DNA of 63,948 bases, filler included, from Octopus bimaculoides (Eukaryota): NCBI RefSeq assembly GCF_001194135.2. It is 4 parts of 3 records of this genome, joined end to end, with 100 filler letters (N's around TTAATTAATTAA, not from the genome) between each part and the next. Parts side by side here need not be neighbours in the genome. Positions count along the whole stretch, not along the records: positions 1 to 31,210 come from NC_069004.1; positions 31,311 to 57,309 come from NC_069004.1; 2 more parts are not named here. One strand, given 5' to 3'. The translations under genes were made by a program, and so were the position numbers. Below the pieces are notes generated by a model. That model made no database searches. It was not told the origin of the DNA and saw only the letters and a list, made by a program, of their open reading frames with translations. Positions 25,344-38,860 of the stretch are shown piece by piece. Numbering within the stretch: the first letter of the stretch is position 1; every line of letters begins with the position of its first letter.

Positions 25344-25406
25344 TTTCTCGTGACTCGAGTTTCACGCTAGTGCGCTCGTCAGGTGTGAAACTCGAGTCAC
25401 GAGAAA
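25344..25406. repeat. Perfect 22-bp inverted repeat with 19-nt spacer
   Basis: tttctcgtgactcgagtttcac ... gtgaaactcgagtcacgagaaa. Confidence 0.85.
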
Positions 25407-25920
25407 TAAATTATATACTCTATAACGTGTGCTGAGTTTGCACTTCTTCACTTGTGGGACAAAATTCAACAGACGAAAAAACAACACGTGCACTCGTGAA
25501 AACACTTCAGCTGAGCATTCTGTGTACCATATACGCATGCACGCGCTCGTGTGTGTATATATACATCGTAGTCTCGCATATTTAATATAGTGAATTAAAA
25601 ATTGTTCATCAAATGAGATTAATCCATGCAATGAGTAGAGAAAATCTACCTTTGAGCGAGAAAATTTGCTGTTATCGGCAGTCAACTCTGGCACGTTTGA
25701 GTTCGCAAACGCATACCTGTCCCCTTCTTTTGACTTGCCCTCACTGTCGTAACAAATGAAACTCCTTGCTGGCCCATGGACGGAAAAGGAAGATTTGCCC
25801 AAGTCATTGCATGACGTTGATGAAAAATGGAGAGCTTCTGGTGCTGTTAGTCGTTCTAGCATGTTACAAGCGTTGATGCTAACGCAACTTATTTTGTCTT
25901 CACACACACACACACACATG

Positions 25921-26081
25921 TATACGACGGGTTTCCATACAGTTTCTGTCTACTAAATTCACTCACAAGGCATTGGTCGGTCCGAGGCTATTGTTGGAGG
26001 ACACTTGTCCGAGGTACGGCGCAGTGGGACTGAACCCAAAACCACGTGATTACAAAGCGAGTTTCTTAACCACATAGCCAT
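25921..26081 (-). mobile_element. SINE family C
   Basis: cagtttctgtctactaaattcactcacaagg...gcgcagtgggactgaaccc. Confidence 0.85.
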
Positions 26082-26891
26082 AATGAATAAATAAATAACT
26101 GCGCGCTCCTCCCGCAATATTTGTGTTGCTCCGGGCGCTGGCAACGCACGCCACGCCACATCACTGCACCCAGTCTGTTCTCTTTTGCATTTTGCTAAAC
26201 ACGTTCTCTAAGAATCCTCTGTCGAATATTCCTTATTCATTTCCTTTTTTCCAAAGACTCCTGTCTNNNNNNNNNNNNNNNNNNNNNNNNNNNNNNNNNN
26301 NNNNNNNNNNNNNNNNNNNNNNNNNNNNNNNNNNNNNNNNNNNNNNNNNNNNNNNNNNNNNNNNNNNNNNNNNNNNNNNNNNNNNNNNNNNNNNNNNNNN
26401 NNNNNNNNNNNNNNNNNNNNNNNNNNNNNNNNNNNNNNNNNNNNNNNNNNNNNNNNNNNNNNNNNNNNNNNNNNNNNNNNNNNNNNNNNNNNNNNNNNNN
26501 NNNNNNNNNNNNNNNNNNNNNNNNNNNNNNNNNNNNNNNNNNNNNNNNNNNNNNNNNNNNNNNNNNNNNNNNNNNNNNNNNNNNNNNNNNNNNNNNNNNN
26601 NNNNNNNNNNNNNNNNNNNNNNNNNNNNNNNNNNNNNNNNNNNNNNNNNNNNNNNNNNNNNNNNNNNNNNNNNNNNNNNNNNNNNNNNNNNNNNNNNNNN
26701 NNNNNNNNNNNNNNNNNNNNNNNNNNNNNNNNNNNNNNNNNNNNNNNNNNNNNNNNNNNNNNNNNNNNNNNNNNNNNNNNNNNNNNNNNNNNNNNNNNNN
26801 NNNNNNNNNNNNNTAGACGCGTATATTTACGCGCGCGCGCGTACAAACATGATAGGTTTTCACACAGTTTCCTATTTCTTTTCTGCCCACA

Positions 26892-27158
26892 AGGGGCTAC
26901 ACACAGAGGGAACAAACAAGGACAGACAAACGGATTAAGTCGATTATATCAACCGCAGTGCGTAACTGGTACTTATTTAATCGACCCCGAAAGGATGAAA
27001 GGCGAAGTCGACCTCAGAACGAAATTTCCACACAGTTTCCGTCTACCAAATTCACTTTGGGGCTATAGTAGAAAGACACTTGCCCAAGGTGTCAAGCAGT
27101 GGCCGTGAACCCGAGACCACGTGGTTGCAAAGTGAGCTTTTTTTAACCACGCAGCTAT
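26892..27158 (-). mobile_element. Adjacent SINE A (partial) and SINE C copies
   Basis: atcgaccccgaaaggatgaaaggcgaagtcgacctc, then cagtttccgtctaccaaattc...gacacttgcccaagg. Confidence 0.75.
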
Positions 27159-28123
27159 GCGAGGAGATGGATTCATTTATCACTGTTTTTGTGTGCGTTG
27201 ATTCATTTATCATTGCTTCATTTATTTTGTTTTTGTATCGGGCAAGGCGGCGGTGGCGATGCCCCCACCCCAGCCCCCGTGATAAACGAGGATAATTGTG
27301 TTACTCTATAGCTCGTTATCCCATTCGCTACCTGCTCTTTTATTGGGTAGGATATTATTTTTGTGATATAAGGTTCGGCTCTGTATTGACTTTGTAGCAA
27401 CACTCCTGCCTTGTCTTGAACGGCTCTATCGCCACACAATCGTTAAATAAATAGATACAGCCAACGTATTATTCAACAGCACTTTCTGCTATCCTGACCA
27501 GTTCTATCCAATCACAATGGCTAAAGAGTTATGAAATATTTCAATGGAAAACCAGTGCTGCCATCTTGCTGCTGTTTCAACAGTTTACTAATCCATCTTC
27601 AAGTGTCTGCTTTGTGCAAAATATATATCTTTTTCTATTCATACGTTTTTGGACGATGGTTTTGTTGTGTGAACTGCCACCTACGACTGTTTGTATCCTG
27701 TGTGATGTGTGCTGCAACAAACACACATGCGCGCGCAGAGTAATCTGTATATAGGTGTGTTTTGTGTGTATATATATGTGTGAGTGTGTGTGTATACATT
27801 TGTATGTATATGTATTTTTATATGTGTGTATACATTTGTATATATATATATATTTGTATTGTATGTATATGTACGTATGCATGTATGTCTCTGTGTGTGT
27901 ATACATTTGTATGTAGGTGTGCATACGTATGTATCTATATATATATATTTGTATGTATATGTATGTGTGTGAATATGTATATAGGCATACCTGAAAATGT
28001 GTATGAATATATGCATATATATATATATGTATGTATATGTATGTGTGTGAATATATGCATATACGTGTATGTATATATGCGTGTGTGTGTGTGTGTTTAC
28101 ATATATCTTTGCACGCAACTGCA

Positions 28124-28178
<55 letters not shown>

Positions 28179-28773
28179 NNNNNNNNNNNNNNNNNNNNNN
28201 NNNNNNNNNNNNNNNNNNNNNNNNNNNNNNNNNNNNNNNNNNNNNNNNNNNNNNNNNNNNNNNNNNNNNNNNNNNNNNNNNNNNNNNNNNNNNNNNNNNN
28301 NNNNNNNNNNNNNNNNNNNNNNNNNNNNNNNNNNNNNNNNNNNNNNNNNNNNNNNNNNNNNNNNNNNNNNNNNNNNNNNNNNNNNNNNNNNNNNNNNNNN
28401 NNNNNNNNNNNNNNNNNNNNNNNNNNNNNNNNNNNNNNNNNNNNNNNNNNNNNNNNNNNNNNNNNNNNNNNNNNNNNNNNNNNNNNNNNNNNNNNNNNNN
28501 NNNNNNNNNNNNNNNNNNNNNNNNNNNNNNNNNNNNNNNNNNNNNNNNNNNNNNNNNNNNNNNNNNNNNNNNNNNNNNNNNNNNNNNNNNNNNNNNNNNN
28601 NNNNNNNNNNNNNNNNNNNNNNNNNNNNNNNNNNNNNNNNNNNNNNNNNNNNNNNNNNNNNNNNNNNNGTGCTTCCACTTCTAAAATGTAACAATAACAA
28701 TAATAGCCACAACAAGAACATCCACACCGACATTACCATTTGCAGAATGCGAGCGAAGCTTTAGAAAGAAAAG

Positions 28774-28821
<48 letters not shown>

Positions 28822-28930
28822 ACCCAAAATCACTTTTCGTAGGTGAGAAGCCATTGTATTGAATAATAACATCGGGGTCTCTTGTTGGTGTTTGAGTGTA
28901 TATAGATCTGATTTAATGGCAATGTATAGA

Positions 28931-28966
<36 letters not shown>

Positions 28967-30189
28967 TGTGTGTGTGTGTGTGTGTTAGAGGGAAATATAA
29001 CAGTGCCTGTTCAGCCATTCCACCAATTTCCACTGACCAGAATTGGCCTTCTGCAAAATAATCACAAAAATGTAAATTGCTCCATTCATGGGGAAAAAAG
29101 AAAGTATTTTCCAGAATCTCTCCTTCCCCCAAAATATATCAACTTGATTGCATTGACCCTTTCACTGTGTTCGTTCCAATAAATGGAGCAATCTGTATTC
29201 TTCTTCCAATCACTGCTAGACAAAAGCTGTATTTTCTTTTAACCCCACTCGTTCTTTTTTGTTTTTTTTTCTCCTCTCTGTACTCTCAACAGTAGCTAGA
29301 GCAAACCTTTGTTCTCTTGACTTCGTACTGTTTTCTTACATCAGTCCATTCTTTGCAGTAAGAAAAAAAAAAGGCAGAGATTGTTTCTATGTACCGGGAG
29401 AAGAAGAAAGATTTATTCCCTCGGGTTTAAAGAGAAACTCTTCACTCCCGGTTCTCTTTTTCGCTTTAGAGGAAATAACAAAGTTACCATCAATTTTTAA
29501 CTTTTGCAACTTGTGAAGAAATCAATGATTGGTACAATGGACTGATGCATAAATTTGTAGAATTAGTCTAACTTTGCTTGGAAAGAAATATAGGAAGGAT
29601 AGAACAACATTGCTGAATTGAAGGATATAAAAAAAAAACTTAAAAGAAGGCAATGCTGTTTTTCAAAATCAGATTAGTCTTGATCCAATATACCAATGAT
29701 CCCAGGTGTTCCGGTCATGACCGTCACGTCTTTTATTCAAAAATATTGCATCTAGACTATAATATATCAGTCAGTATTTCCAATGCCATTTATAAGGCTA
29801 TAAGGAGTAATTTGAGGAAAATTGTGTAGCTATTTCTAACAGAAGCGATATTTCAGTTGTTGATGTATATATTTGTTTGTTTGAAGTGTTGAATTATTTC
29901 CCTTGTTGTTCATCCTCCTGCTTCCTCACCTCCGTCAGCGAAAGAAAGCCAGTAGGGGTATCTCTACCCGGTTTCCTGGACATGCTGTTAGTACACCAAG
30001 CTAACAACATTGTTCAGATGAGTAAAGAACTCCAGATATTTTTGTGGCAGGGTCCGAGGGTATAGTTCATCACCATTCTATATTGTAAATATGTGGTAGC
30101 TATTCTTTCCTCTCTTCTTTTCTTTCCCTGTCTTCACCAAATCGTCATTTGTATTCCCCTTTTCTCTTTATCTCTCTTCCCCTTTCCTC

Positions 30190-30420
30190 TTTTCTTTTCT
30201 CCCCCCTCTCCCATGGCTTCGATGTTCTGTTTTGTTATAACTGGAAATGGCTCTGACGAAAGTAGCATTAATTTTCTCGGTCGTTCAACTTTTCTCAGCT
30301 GATCAATAGACCAGTTGAGTAAACCTATCCGTATTGCACCTATAATGACTACTAGAAACAACTGAAAGCCGAATTTACTCCAATAAAGCAAAAATATGTA
30401 ATGGCCATTATTTATACCTT
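30190..30420. repeat. Dispersed repeat homologous to 5330-5570
   Basis: ttttctcagctgatcaatagaccagttgagtaaacc...ctagaaacaactga...aatatgtaatggccattattta. Confidence 0.7.
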
Positions 30421-30439
30421 GTCTTTCATACATATATAT

Positions 30440-30501
30440 GACCACGAAGTTTCGTCTGTGGTTGTCTTCGTCAAACTCTGACGAAGTCAACGACCGACAC
30501 C
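30440..30501. ncRNA. Inverted pair of decayed hammerhead-like cores
   Basis: CTTCGTCA-aactc-TGACGAAG inverted repeat. Plus strand: CTGACGA a gtc-aac-gac c GA(c)AC. Minus strand: (t)TGACGA...gac GAAAC ttc gt. Each copy has a mutated core box. Confidence 0.3.
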
Positions 30502-31155
30502 TAAATAAGCTAAATATATTCAAAACTGAATAAAATTGTTTAAACTCTCCCCACCTCCATTCTAATCCATAACTCATTATCTCATCGCTGATAGTTCCAT
30601 TCTTCACGACTGATAATTAAGAACAGAATTACTTTTAAAATGTTTCATTTACTTAAAAACCTACACGGTTAAGACAAATTAATATAAAATACTGATTGTG
30701 TTGCTGTGTCCGTTGTCTTAGCTATGGAAACGAAGATACTTGTTAGACTGAAGTAGTATGCTAAAGATTCCAATAACTCAGTCTTAACTAGATTCTTTGT
30801 CAGTCGTAATAGCTACAGACTGTATCTAATAAACTGTTACTACATATCATTTAATAACTTTTAAGATTCTAGACGAAAACCACAATGAATTGTAAGCCAA
30901 AAATTTTTTGTCTTCCCTTCCAGTCACCACAAAATGTTTAATAGGAATATCATATATATGTATATATATATGTATATATGTATGTATGTATGTATGTATA
31001 AGGATATTCAAATTAATTTTACTGTACACACATGCACACACTTAAACATAGACATAAATACATCTGTATATAAGCATTTGTGTATGCATACATTTGTGTG
31101 TGTATGCACGCGTGTTTGTGTATGTGCGCATTCAAAATAAACAACGGAAATTAAA

Positions 31156-31210
<55 letters not shown>

Positions 31211-31310
31211 NNNNNNNNNNNNNNNNNNNNNNNNNNNNNNNNNNNNNNNNNNNNTTAATTAATTAANNNNNNNNNNNNNNNNNNNNNNNNNNNNNNNNNN
31301 NNNNNNNNNN
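31211..31310. other. Artificial 100-bp scaffold-join spacer
   Basis: N44-TTAATTAATTAA-N44. Confidence 0.95.
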
Positions 31311-31329
31311 ATATATATATATATATATA

Positions 31330-31627
31330 TACTGCGCATGGCTCAGTGGTTAGAGCTTCGGGTTTACGATCATGAAGTTGTGTGTTCGATTTCTGGACCG
31401 GGCTTTATTTCACGTTGCTCCAGTTCATAAACACACACACGAACATACACACATATATGTGTATGTACATACGATGGTCTTCTTTTAGTTTCTGTCTACC
31501 AAATCCACTCACAAGGTGGTCCCAAGGTAATAAAAGAAGACACTTGCCTAAGGTGCTACATAGTGGGACTGAACCCAGAGCCCTATTGTTGGGAACCAAA
31601 CTTCTTACCACACAGCCTCACCTGCAC
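31330..31627. mobile_element. SINE B head (+, 31330-31430) and SINE C (-, 31465-31627)
   Basis: catggctcagtggttagagc...gttcgatttctgg; gacacttgcctaaggtg...gtgggactgaaccc. Confidence 0.75.
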
Positions 31628-31999
31628 CAACGAGAAATCCGCTTCAAACTATACAATATCTTTATGGTGTGTTGGATTTTTTGCGTGTTTCGAAGTTAAA
31701 TTATAGTCTATACAATTTCTATGATGCATAGTATCAAAGAAATAAGCATGCTGTCTCATTTTCTTTATAAAACCATTCTTTTTATTTTCATAATACATAT
31801 TTCATACAATAAAACTTTCTGGAGAGAATGACGACGTTATTGGTTGAATAAATAAGCTACAATATTTACATATTCAGCTTTATTCATTCGTCTCTCTATA
31901 GCGTCATACTCTCTTGAAATGGAGTTATATATGCATGTTTTGGTATTAAACAAAGCTGACATGAATGACAAGACACAGCGCTCAGTACGTAAACCAGTG

Positions 32000-32310
32000 T
32001 AGGAAAGCGAGCCAGCAGAACGGTTGGTACGCCGAGCAAAATGCTTAGCGGTATTTCGTCTGTCTTTACGTGCTCGGTTCAAATTCCGCCGAGGTCCACT
32101 TTGCTTTTAATCCTTTCGGCGGCGATAAAATAATAATAATAATAATGATGATGATGATGATTGCCTTGGCTCCTCCCTGAAACCTGCTGGGTTTGTGCCA
32201 AATCTTGAAGCCAACATATAAACCGGCGAAATTCAAATTCTGCCGAGGTTGACTTCGCCTTTCATGCTTCCGGGGTCGATATAATATGTAGTGGTCGAGC
32301 ACTGTGCCGA
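32000..32310 (+). mobile_element. Two partial SINE family A copies
   Basis: atgcttagcggtatttcgtctgtc...gttcaaattccgccgagg; ttcaaattctgccgaggttgacttcgcctttcat. Confidence 0.75.
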
Positions 32311-33074
32311 AATTTGAAATTAAAGAAAAAATAAAAGAACAGCGTCATATTTAATATTTAAGCCGAGGCTTAAATACAACCACCACCACCACCATCACCA
32401 ACAACAACAACAGCAATGACAGCAGAACACTAAGTACNNNNNNNNNNNNNNNNNNNNNNNNNNNNNNNNNNNNNNNNNNNNNNNNNNNNNNNNNNNNNNN
32501 NNNNNNNNNNNNNNNNNNNNNNNNNNNNNNNNNNNNNNNNNNNNNNNNNNNNNNNNNNNNNNNNNNNNNNNNNNNNNNNNNNNNNNNNNNNNNNNNNNNN
32601 NNNNNNNNNNNNNNNNNNNNNNNNNNNNNNNNNNNNNNNNNNNNNNNNNNNNNNNNNNNNNNNNNNNNNNNNNNNNNNNNNNNNNNNNNNNNNNNNNNNN
32701 NNNNNNNNNNNNNNNNNNNNNNNNNNNNNNNNNNNNNNNNNNNNNNNNNNNNNNNNNNNNNNNNNNNNNNNNNNNNNNAACATCACAACCACCACCGACC
32801 CCACTTCACAACTCCTCAGCACACAATTATAAAAGAAAAATAAAAATTTACCAAAAAAATTTTAAATGTATTGTTTGAAGCCATTAATCAAAATTATAAA
32901 CACATTTTAATTCACAATATCAAAATAAATTGATAAGAGTGATAAGATTGTATAGAATATTGTTGATGATTATCTTACGCTGCTACAGACAAAATGCCCC
33001 AGGACACACTTATCAAGACACGGACATACAAAGATACAGATGTAGAAAGACACAGATGTACAATTACATCGATG

Positions 33075-33180
33075 CGCAATATTGTGGGGGTCCTCTTGTG
33101 CGAATAGTTGAATGATGATAACCAATGGTTATAGAACCTTTGTTTAAATCTGTCCTGCGTCATACCGATGTAACACTTTT
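33075..33180 (-). mobile_element. Penelope GIY-YIG endonuclease fragment
   Basis: KCYIGMTQDRFKQRFYNHWLSSFNY matches the YIG.T...FK.R..NH..SF motif. Confidence 0.75.
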
Positions 33181-33335
33181 TAACTTATCACTTGATTCGG
33201 CGAGGTTGTGGTGACTGCATCGAAGGAAATTAACTAATTATTGCATACTTTGTCTAAAGAACATTTGTCTTTTATTCTGTACGAACATACTGAGTCTATA
33301 ATTGTAATGATTTTAGATGTGGTTAATGATTCTTG

Positions 33336-33465
33336 CCAGATGAGTGGATTGGAGCATTGTGAAATAAAATGTCTTGCTCAAGAACACATCGCAGCGTCGG
33401 GGATCGAACTCGAGACCTCACAATAGCGAGCAGATTACCCTCACCCCTTATCCACGCGCCTTCAC
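33336..33465 (-). mobile_element. SINE family B head
   Basis: gtcttgctcaagaacac...ggggatcgaactcg. Confidence 0.7.
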
Positions 33466-34040
33466 GAAACCACAATTAAAAGTTAAATAATAACTATCAA
33501 AACTCAGAACAGAATCCTGAATTTATTTAGACAGCCGGACTCCACGACAGCTTTTTATTCTAAATAGTTTAATACTTCACTCCGGGGGGCGGGTCAATGC
33601 TCGAGACCTTCATAGACCTTTAGAAGCCATCAGAAGATTTGATTATGACTAACCTGATACGGTTGGTGTCCAGCAGTCTATCACGTGTTCAAATCATTAT
33701 GCATCGGCATTCACCCCCTCCGCCCCAGGTGGATGTCTTGTGTGTCTATGAAATATTCCGAAATGATTTAATTTCTTTATGATGTGAGTATATGTGTAAT
33801 TATGCGCATGTATGCGTGCGTGTACGTGTTTATTTGTGTAATTACATGAGTTATGTACGTTCGTGAGTCCAAGTGCGTGTCTGTATGATTGAAATCACGC
33901 ATTTAAGAAATCATGATGTGTTCATATGAGTAATTATAATATTAATGAATGTTTGTTTGTTTTCGAGTGCGCGTGGCACCTAAGTGCGTGTGAGTGTGTG
34001 TTTGTATTGCGTTGTCTTACTATGTACAAATATATGTAAC

Positions 34041-34089
<49 letters not shown>

Positions 34090-34097
34090 TCTTTTTC

Positions 34098-34133
<36 letters not shown>

Positions 34134-34243
34134 TTATGCACGTGCATATACACACACACACGCACACGCACACACATATATGTATGTGTGTGTGCATGTG
34201 TATTTGTGCGCATGTTTCTGTAATGCATTGGCTGTGTATGTCC

Positions 34244-34280
<37 letters not shown>

Positions 34281-34483
34281 ATATATACGTGTTGTGTATA
34301 TATACACACCTCGCATATACATAAATATATGTGTGTAATTGTAATAGCGTGATTGTGGATTGCGTTGTCTGTGAATGCATGTATATGTGTATACATCTAT
34401 ATGTGTATCTATTTATGTGTGTATATGGGTGGGTGTATGTACTATTAGACTTTTTAGTTTGATTTAACCATCGCAGCAAAGAC

Positions 34484-34524
<41 letters not shown>

Positions 34525-34852
34525 ACGCATGTAACAAGACATTATACACACTGGTATTTCATCTGATGCTGTTTCATGTACACATGTTATAAAAAGATTA
34601 AAAAAACAGCCGTGGGCACATGGTTTGATCGAACCTGGAACATAGTTATTTCAAAGTGAATTGCGCTGAAATATATATATATATATATATACATAAATGT
34701 ATATGGGTGTATACATACACAGATACATAGATACACATCTGCGCGCGCGTAGAGCTGTTGGCGTGTGTGTGTAATGTATATGTAATGTGTGCTAGATTAA
34801 TTGGCACCGATAAAATCACCAATTCAAGATGTTAAATCAAGTTATACAATTG

Positions 34853-34920
<68 letters not shown>

Positions 34921-35247
34921 AGCGCACAGATATATATGTGTGTGTGTGTGTGTGTGTATACATACGCACATATAGATATTTACATGCACACACGTAGTTA
35001 TAATTACCAGAGGCGTACTTAAGTACATTAATTCGCACACACTCAATTACAACCATGATTAAAACTAGTAACAATAAATTGCATACATTCATATACACAC
35101 ATGCATACATAAATATATGCATACACACACATATATATGTAAATATATAGATATATATTATACATATATATATATACACACACACATTAATATATATTTT
35201 TGGATATATACATAATTAGATGTTTACAAATCATTCGTTCACAAACC

Positions 35248-35291
<44 letters not shown>

Positions 35292-35352
35292 GTTTGTGTG
35301 CGCGTGCATGTGTGTGTATGTGAGTGTATATTAAGTATATTTTGCACCCAGG

Positions 35353-35415
<63 letters not shown>

Positions 35416-35536
35416 GCATAATTACGCGCATTTATCATTCGATATCGCTTAATTTATCGAAAGTGTTACTAATGGCGTGAAATAAAATTTATTAATCATT
35501 TTGAGTATATTAGCATTGTTTAACTGTACACATATA

Positions 35537-36365
35537 TCAGGCTGGGTAAAAATTAAGTAGCGTTTTGAAACATGAAATTCATCACAATACGGAAATTTTA
35601 TTCATCAAAGTAAATACCAGTAAATCAACACATTTTTGCCAACGAGTCATAAGTTTGTTTATTCCGGTCACATAAAACTTTGGAGTTCTGGAGCTGATGA
35701 ACTCTTTGAACGTACTTTCAGCATCGGTTTGATTTTTGAACTCCTTCTGTCGTAGGAGACCATAAAGGTGCTTGAAAAAGTGGTAGTCGGTAGGAGAAAG
35801 GTCTGTGGAATAAGCTGGGTGGGGAAGAACTTCGTAGCCAAGTTCCCTCAATTTTTGGAGAGTCATTAGTGAAACGTATGGTCAAGCATTGTCATGAAGA
35901 ATGATTGGTTCTCTTCTGTTGACCAGTCTGCGACGGAGGAGAAGCAGTTTTTCGGTCATTTTGGCAATTTCATGGCAATATGTTTCTTCAGTAATGGTTC
36001 TTCCAAGTTTTATGAAATTATAGTGGATGAGTGCAGCAGTTCACTACCAAACAGTCACCATAACCTACTTTTTGAAGAGCTCGGGTTTACGGAAGGTTTT
36101 CGGTACTTCCAACCACTGCGAAGAATGTTTTTTTATTATCGTACAGGATCCACTTTTCATCGCAAGTTACAATACAGTCGAGAAATGGATCGGTCTGGTT
36201 ATGGAGAAGACGCGTAGCACACCGTGTACCTGATCAGGTCGATTTGATGCAGGGAGTGTGCTAATGGGCGGCACAAACATTTGATCACTATAAACAAATC
36301 ATTTGTGCAGGTCGTTGGGCAAGAAATTGCAGAACTGTCGTTCTCACACTGCGAGAGACTACCAT
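35537..36365 (-). mobile_element. Mariner (DD34D) transposon relic, 5'-truncated
   Basis: Minus translation FLDCIVTCDEKWILYDN...VMVTVW...ILHDNA*PYVSLMTLQKLRELGYEVLPHPAYSTDLSPTDYHFF...RWQKCV. There are 34 residues between the 2nd and 3rd Asp. TA plus a TIR-like end at 35535-35560; in-frame stops present. Confidence 0.9.
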
Positions 36366-37110
36366 CCTCTTCATATCATGTAAGTATATATAAACACACA
36401 TACAAACACACAAACACACACACACACACACACACACGCACGCACACACACACACACGCACACACACACATACGTTTGTATGTATGTATATGAAAAAATT
36501 AACAGGATTACTTTTCTGATAATATTTTCCACTTTAATAATTAGATGTTGATAAATCATTGTTTACATATCGCATATACATACATATATATATATATATA
36601 TATACGTGTGTGTGTTTGTGTATATGTATATATACGCATACACAGACACAGACACACACATATATATATATATATATATTTATGTATGTATGTGTGTGTT
36701 TATTAAGTATATATTTCAAATATTGAATACAGTATTTAATAGTGTAACGATTTTGTATTTTTTATTCTAATATATTGTATATATNNNNNNNNNNNNNNNN
36801 NNNNNNNNNNNNNNNNNNNNNNNNNNNNNNNNNNNNNNNNNNNNNNNNNNNNNNNNNNNNNNNNNNNNNNNNNNNNNNNNNNNNNNNNNNNNNNNNNNNN
36901 NNNNNNNNNNNNNNNNNNNNNNNNNNNNNNNNNNNNNNNNNNNNNNNNNNNNNNNNNNNNNNNNNNNNNNNNNNNNNNNNNNNNNNNNNNNNNNNNNNNN
37001 NNNNNNNNNNNNNNNNNNNNNNNNNNNNNNNNNNNNNNNNNNNNNNNNNNNNNNNNNNNNNNNNNNNNNNNNNNNNNNNNNNNNNNNNNNNNNNNNNNNN
37101 NNNNNNNNNN

Positions 37111-37144
<34 letters not shown>

Positions 37145-37344
37145 AAAGGAAAAGAAATTGCATTTTCATGATTTCAGTATCATATGTACAAAACATACAA
37201 ACAGAAGGTCGGCAACTATAGCGCTGCTGTAAAAGCGTTGATAAATAGCTAAGTGGTTTTGTCTTTCAGCAGGAAAATTTTCAGCTTATGGACAATAACA
37301 TCATGTGAGGAATAAAATATTGTTACGAGCTGTTACTTGAGAAT

Positions 37345-37900
37345 TCCTCAAGAAATATAGATGGCAGTATCAGAAGAGCGTTCCAAGTTTCGAACTTTTG
37401 TTTAAAATAGCAAACGATTGTAATACAGTGTTATACTTCTCCGAAAGACAAACCTCACATTTTCTATACCAATTAATTTGAGTATATACACGTTTACTTT
37501 AATCGTTTTATAATTGCTAATATTATCGTCCTGTAAGACCCAGATATATTTGTGGAGTGTGGTAGTGAGACTTCTTTCAGTGTTTCTGATTGCTTACATA
37601 TGTTGCTAGAATATTTTTTTAAAGGATTTTCTGTAAGCCCTGTATTTCTTCGTTTGTTTCTCTGTTATTTGCAAAACAGACATTTTCCTGATCAAGTCAT
37701 GAGCTAAGGTTTACGAATAGTAACAGACGTCTCCTTAAATAATTGCTTACTATTTGAATCGGGTGCTTCACAACGAGAAATATTGTACGAAATACGCAGC
37801 GTCCGCAAGATGGACAGAACGGTCAGTGCTTGTGAAGTCTTTGAACATAGGTCAACCAGATAATGGTGGACTTGAAACTGAACAACAACAGCAGCAGAAG
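37345..37900 (+). mobile_element. Possible interrupted mariner N-terminal (HTH) fragment
   Basis: MAVSEER at ~37360 and NNCLLFE...DRTVSACE at ~37740-37840 weakly resemble mariner N-termini. Confidence 0.3.
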
Positions 37901-38569
37901 CAGTATCAGTGATACTATAACCACTTTTCAATAATTTTGTACCATCAAATCATTTATTTAAAAAAAAAATTTCCTCAGCTTAATTTCTTCCTATCAATCT
38001 ACATGAGTAAAGACACGAATTGCAGCCTCAACGAAATTGGAAAATTAATCAACCAAGGGAAATCACATTCATAGAAATCGATGAAAGATCGAAGACACCG
38101 TCTACAAAATCAGTAAAATCAATTAAGTAAATAATATCAAACCGAAAACAAAAAACAAGCAAACAAACAAAAAAAAAAGAAAGAAAACCGCCAATAAATA
38201 TATAATATTAAAAAAAATATTCGAAGTCAAAGATACAGTCTTGGTATTTTTTTTTTTTGCATTAATGGTCTGATAGATTATTAACCATGTTAGGAAACAA
38301 TGTTCGATTATACACATTGGACGATGGACGATTCTAAGAAAGAGAAGTAGAAAGAAAGCGAGAGACAGAGAGGGATTTTATTTAGCGACCTCGGAGAGAT
38401 GAAAGATAAAGCTGACATGGAAGGATTTTTAGCTCAGATAACCGGAATAAATACCGTAGCACATTCTATCGAACACTCACACCATTCTGCGAATCCGTCG
38501 CTATACACACATACACACATACACACACACACAACACAAGACATATACATATATATATATATATACATG

Positions 38570-38628
<59 letters not shown>

Positions 38629-38645
38629 TTATTATTATTATTACT

Positions 38646-38860
38646 AAGGCGGTGAACTGGCAGAATCGTTAGCATGCTGGACAAGATGCTTAGCGGTATT
38701 TCACACGTCGCTACGTTTTGAGTTCAAATTCCATCGAGGTATTCTTTATCTTTCATCCTTTCTGAGTCGATAAAACAAGTACGAGTTGAGCACTGAGGTA
38801 AAGGCAATCGACTTGTCCACTACAAAAAAATGCTGGTCCTATGTCAAGATTTGAAAGCAT
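38646..38860 (+). mobile_element. SINE family A
   Basis: aaggcggtgaactggcagaatcgttagc...gagttcaaattcc; (ATT)n on both sides. Confidence 0.85.

Noticed and set aside
30134-30607. 157-aa minus ORF with a hydrophobic stretch
   Set aside because: Its core is a dispersed repeat homologous to 5330-5570, where the frame is not conserved
31255-31266. TTAATTAATTAA islands inside N runs (also 57354 and 60982)
   Set aside because: Identical N44-12-N44 layout totalling 100 bp with stops in all six frames; an assembly spacer, not biology
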